From contig CAVSNY010000003.1 of assembly GCA_963729605.1 (NCBI GenBank), positions 160,001 to 224,000 on the forward strand: 64,000 nucleotides of DNA. Reading direction: 5' to 3'. A model generated the notes under the pieces. That model had not been told where the DNA came from. It saw only the letters and a list, made by a program, of their open reading frames with translations, and made no database searches. Each line of letters begins with the position of its first letter. The first letter of the stretch is position 1. Positions 62,422 through 64,000 of this stretch are shown piece after piece. A program made the position numbers and the translations under genes. This DNA comes from an uncultured Gammaproteobacteria bacterium. GTDB lineage: Bacteria > Pseudomonadota > Gammaproteobacteria > DRLM01.

Positions 62422-62650
62422 GGGTTCGACTTCCTTGGGATGGGCTGTTGTTTACAAATAGTCTCGAAGAGCTAGCGTAGCAGTTAATCTAAGCGCCGGT
62501 TTAATGCTTGACGCGCATGCGGGGTTTTCGCGGCATCAACGGCAATGCCTTTCCGCGGCGAGGCAAGGGGTTGCCACTGGCAAACCTCGCCGCTTTCGCC
62601 GAACCGCTCCAGTGCGCGGCCGCGCGCCGTCGAGACCTCGATTTCCTATC

Positions 62651-62666
62651 TGGCCCGCATATTGCC
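62651..62666 (+). promoter_or_regulatory. Sigma-54 (-24/-12) promoter upstream of the methyltransferase
   Basis: TGGCCC-GCATA-TTGCC with exact N5 spacing; palindrome TTGCCA-C-TGGCAA about 70 bp upstream. Confidence 0.6.
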
Positions 62667-62786
62667 TCAAGGTGTGAAGAAAGGTTTCCGTTGCCTGCTT
62701 GGCGATTCCACACAGGAGGGGAGTGGCCGGCCGGGGCAAGGAAAGCCACGTTGTGTTCAGCACGCCAACCATAAAAGGAAGATTGC

Positions 62787-63731
62787 ATGACCCCATTACG
62801 TGATTACGCCGAACTCGGTCAGTTCATCCCGCTGCATTACCACTACAATATGCTCAACGATACCGCGCGTATGCAGGGTTTCAAGGCCGCTTTGGACCAC
62901 GTGGTGCGCCCGGGTGCGCGGGTCTTGGAGTTGGGCGGCGGCACCGGGGTGTTGTCGCATTTCGCGGCTCGCCGAGCGGCCAAGGTGTGGTGCGTGGAAC
63001 GCAATCCGGAATTGGCGGCCAAGGCCCGCGAGATTCTGGCGCTGAATCCCTATGGTAAAAAGATAGAAGTGGTCGAGGCCGATGCCTTTGACTATCTCCC
63101 GCCGGAACCGGTGGATGTGGTGATTTGTGAAATGCTGCATGTGGCGATGTTGCGGGAGAAACAGTTGGCGGTGATCAGCGCCTTTAAAGAGCGTTATCTT
63201 AAAAAATTTGGCGGCCCCTTGCCGGTGTTCGTGCCCGAGGCGTTTATTCAAGCGGTGCAACCGGTGCAGCAGGATTTTCATTTCGAGGATTATTACGCCC
63301 CCACCATTTTGTTTCAGGATCCCACCGCCGTGCAGAACAAGACCTGTGAGCTGGCGGCACCGGCGATATATCAGCTTACCTCCTATGATGAAGCCTATCC
63401 GCTGAACTGCGCTTGGGACGGGGTGATCGATATCGACCGATCGGGTACGCTCAATGCCTTGCGCTTCGTCACCAAAAATATTTTGACGATCGTTATCGAG
63501 GAACGACGCACCGTCGATTGGCACAATCAATATTTGATCGTGCCTCTGCAAGAACCGTTGACGGTTGAGACGGGTGATCGTCTCCATCTTCACTTTGATT
63601 ATCCGGCGGGCGGGTCGTTTGCGGCCCTCACGGCTTCTTTGCTGACCGCCGTCGAGGTGCAGACCCGGCGTGATATGCCGTTCAGTCCGCAACGTGCCGC
63701 GGCGGAGCCGCGTACCGCGGTGCGGCAATAA
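62787..63731 (+). CDS. SAM-dependent methyltransferase, PRMT-like (COG4076-type)
   Basis: HYNMLND..RM, VLELGGGTGVL, VWCVE, VDVVICEML....RE, C-terminal beta-rich domain. Confidence 0.8.
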   Translation: MTPLRDYAELGQFIPLHYHYNMLNDTARMQGFKAALDHVVRPGARVLELGGGTGVLSHFAARRAAKVWCVERNPELAAKAREILALNPYGKKIEVVEADAFDYLPPEPVDVVICEMLHVAMLREKQLAVISAFKERYLKKFGGPLPVFVPEAFIQAVQPVQQDFHFEDYYAPTILFQDPTAVQNKTCELAAPAIYQLTSYDEAYPLNCAWDGVIDIDRSGTLNALRFVTKNILTIVIEERRTVDWHNQYLIVPLQEPLTVETGDRLHLHFDYPAGGSFAALTASLLTAVEVQTRRDMPFSPQRAAAEPRTAVRQ

Positions 63732-64000
63732 GCCGGAATGGTTGAGTGTGTAAGTGAGAGGAAGTGAACGATCAGACTTCCCAATTCCCGCCGCCCGCCT
63801 CATTAATGAAGAGGGCGGCGGGAAGTGCGGTATCTGATGGCCGACAATCAAACCTCGTCTTGACAGCGTTCGTCGGAGCTGGTTAAAGTGGTTACGAAAT
63901 CTACCGGATTAAACGTTCGATATAACCGAATTTAAAGACCATGGCCCGTACCGAGCACACTGTTTTTTCTCTCACCTCCGCCACGGCGGGGGTGTTGCGC

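Noticed and set aside
62500-62780. Cobalamin riboswitch (GCCACTGG seen)
   Set aside because: Other B12-box and core elements not recognisable; the motif is better explained as part of a palindrome
63941-64000. Possible ORF start at the right edge
   Set aside because: Only 20 codons visible; cannot be supported

Overview
GC-rich gammaproteobacterial chromosome segment, mostly conserved housekeeping blocks: putA; tRNA-Ser-ffs-dnaX-ybaB-recR; rsgA-M48-orn; queG-nnr-tsaE-amiB-mutL; ligA; parvulin-bolA-yciI-yciB/yciV-yciO-S2P-trpS-scpAB-rluB; lolCD-comEC-exbBD-msbA-lpxK. The most striking accessory locus is an AT-richer six-gene operon between orn and queG (20210-26140, minus strand) behind a sigma-54-type promoter. 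It encodes a Fap-like (functional amyloid) export machine: FapF-like barrel, C39 peptidase FapD, FapE-like protein, a small subunit and an extra secreted coiled-coil protein. Its apparent major subunit is a ~700-aa Ser/Asp/Asn hierarchical-repeat protein with a single C-terminal Fap-like repeat rather than a canonical FapC. Other points of note: a PRMT-like methyltransferase behind a second sigma-54 site; an IS3 element inserted between the RBS and start codon of a MEDS/GGDEF/EAL chimera; 190-bp tRNA-Ser-linked tandem repeats containing antisense T-arm sequence; a 277-bp triplication of the comEC 3' end carrying a MITE/REP-like element; a RAYT/REP island; and frameshifted queG and mutL (possibly assembly errors). 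All family assignments come from motif recognition by eye; no database searches were run.
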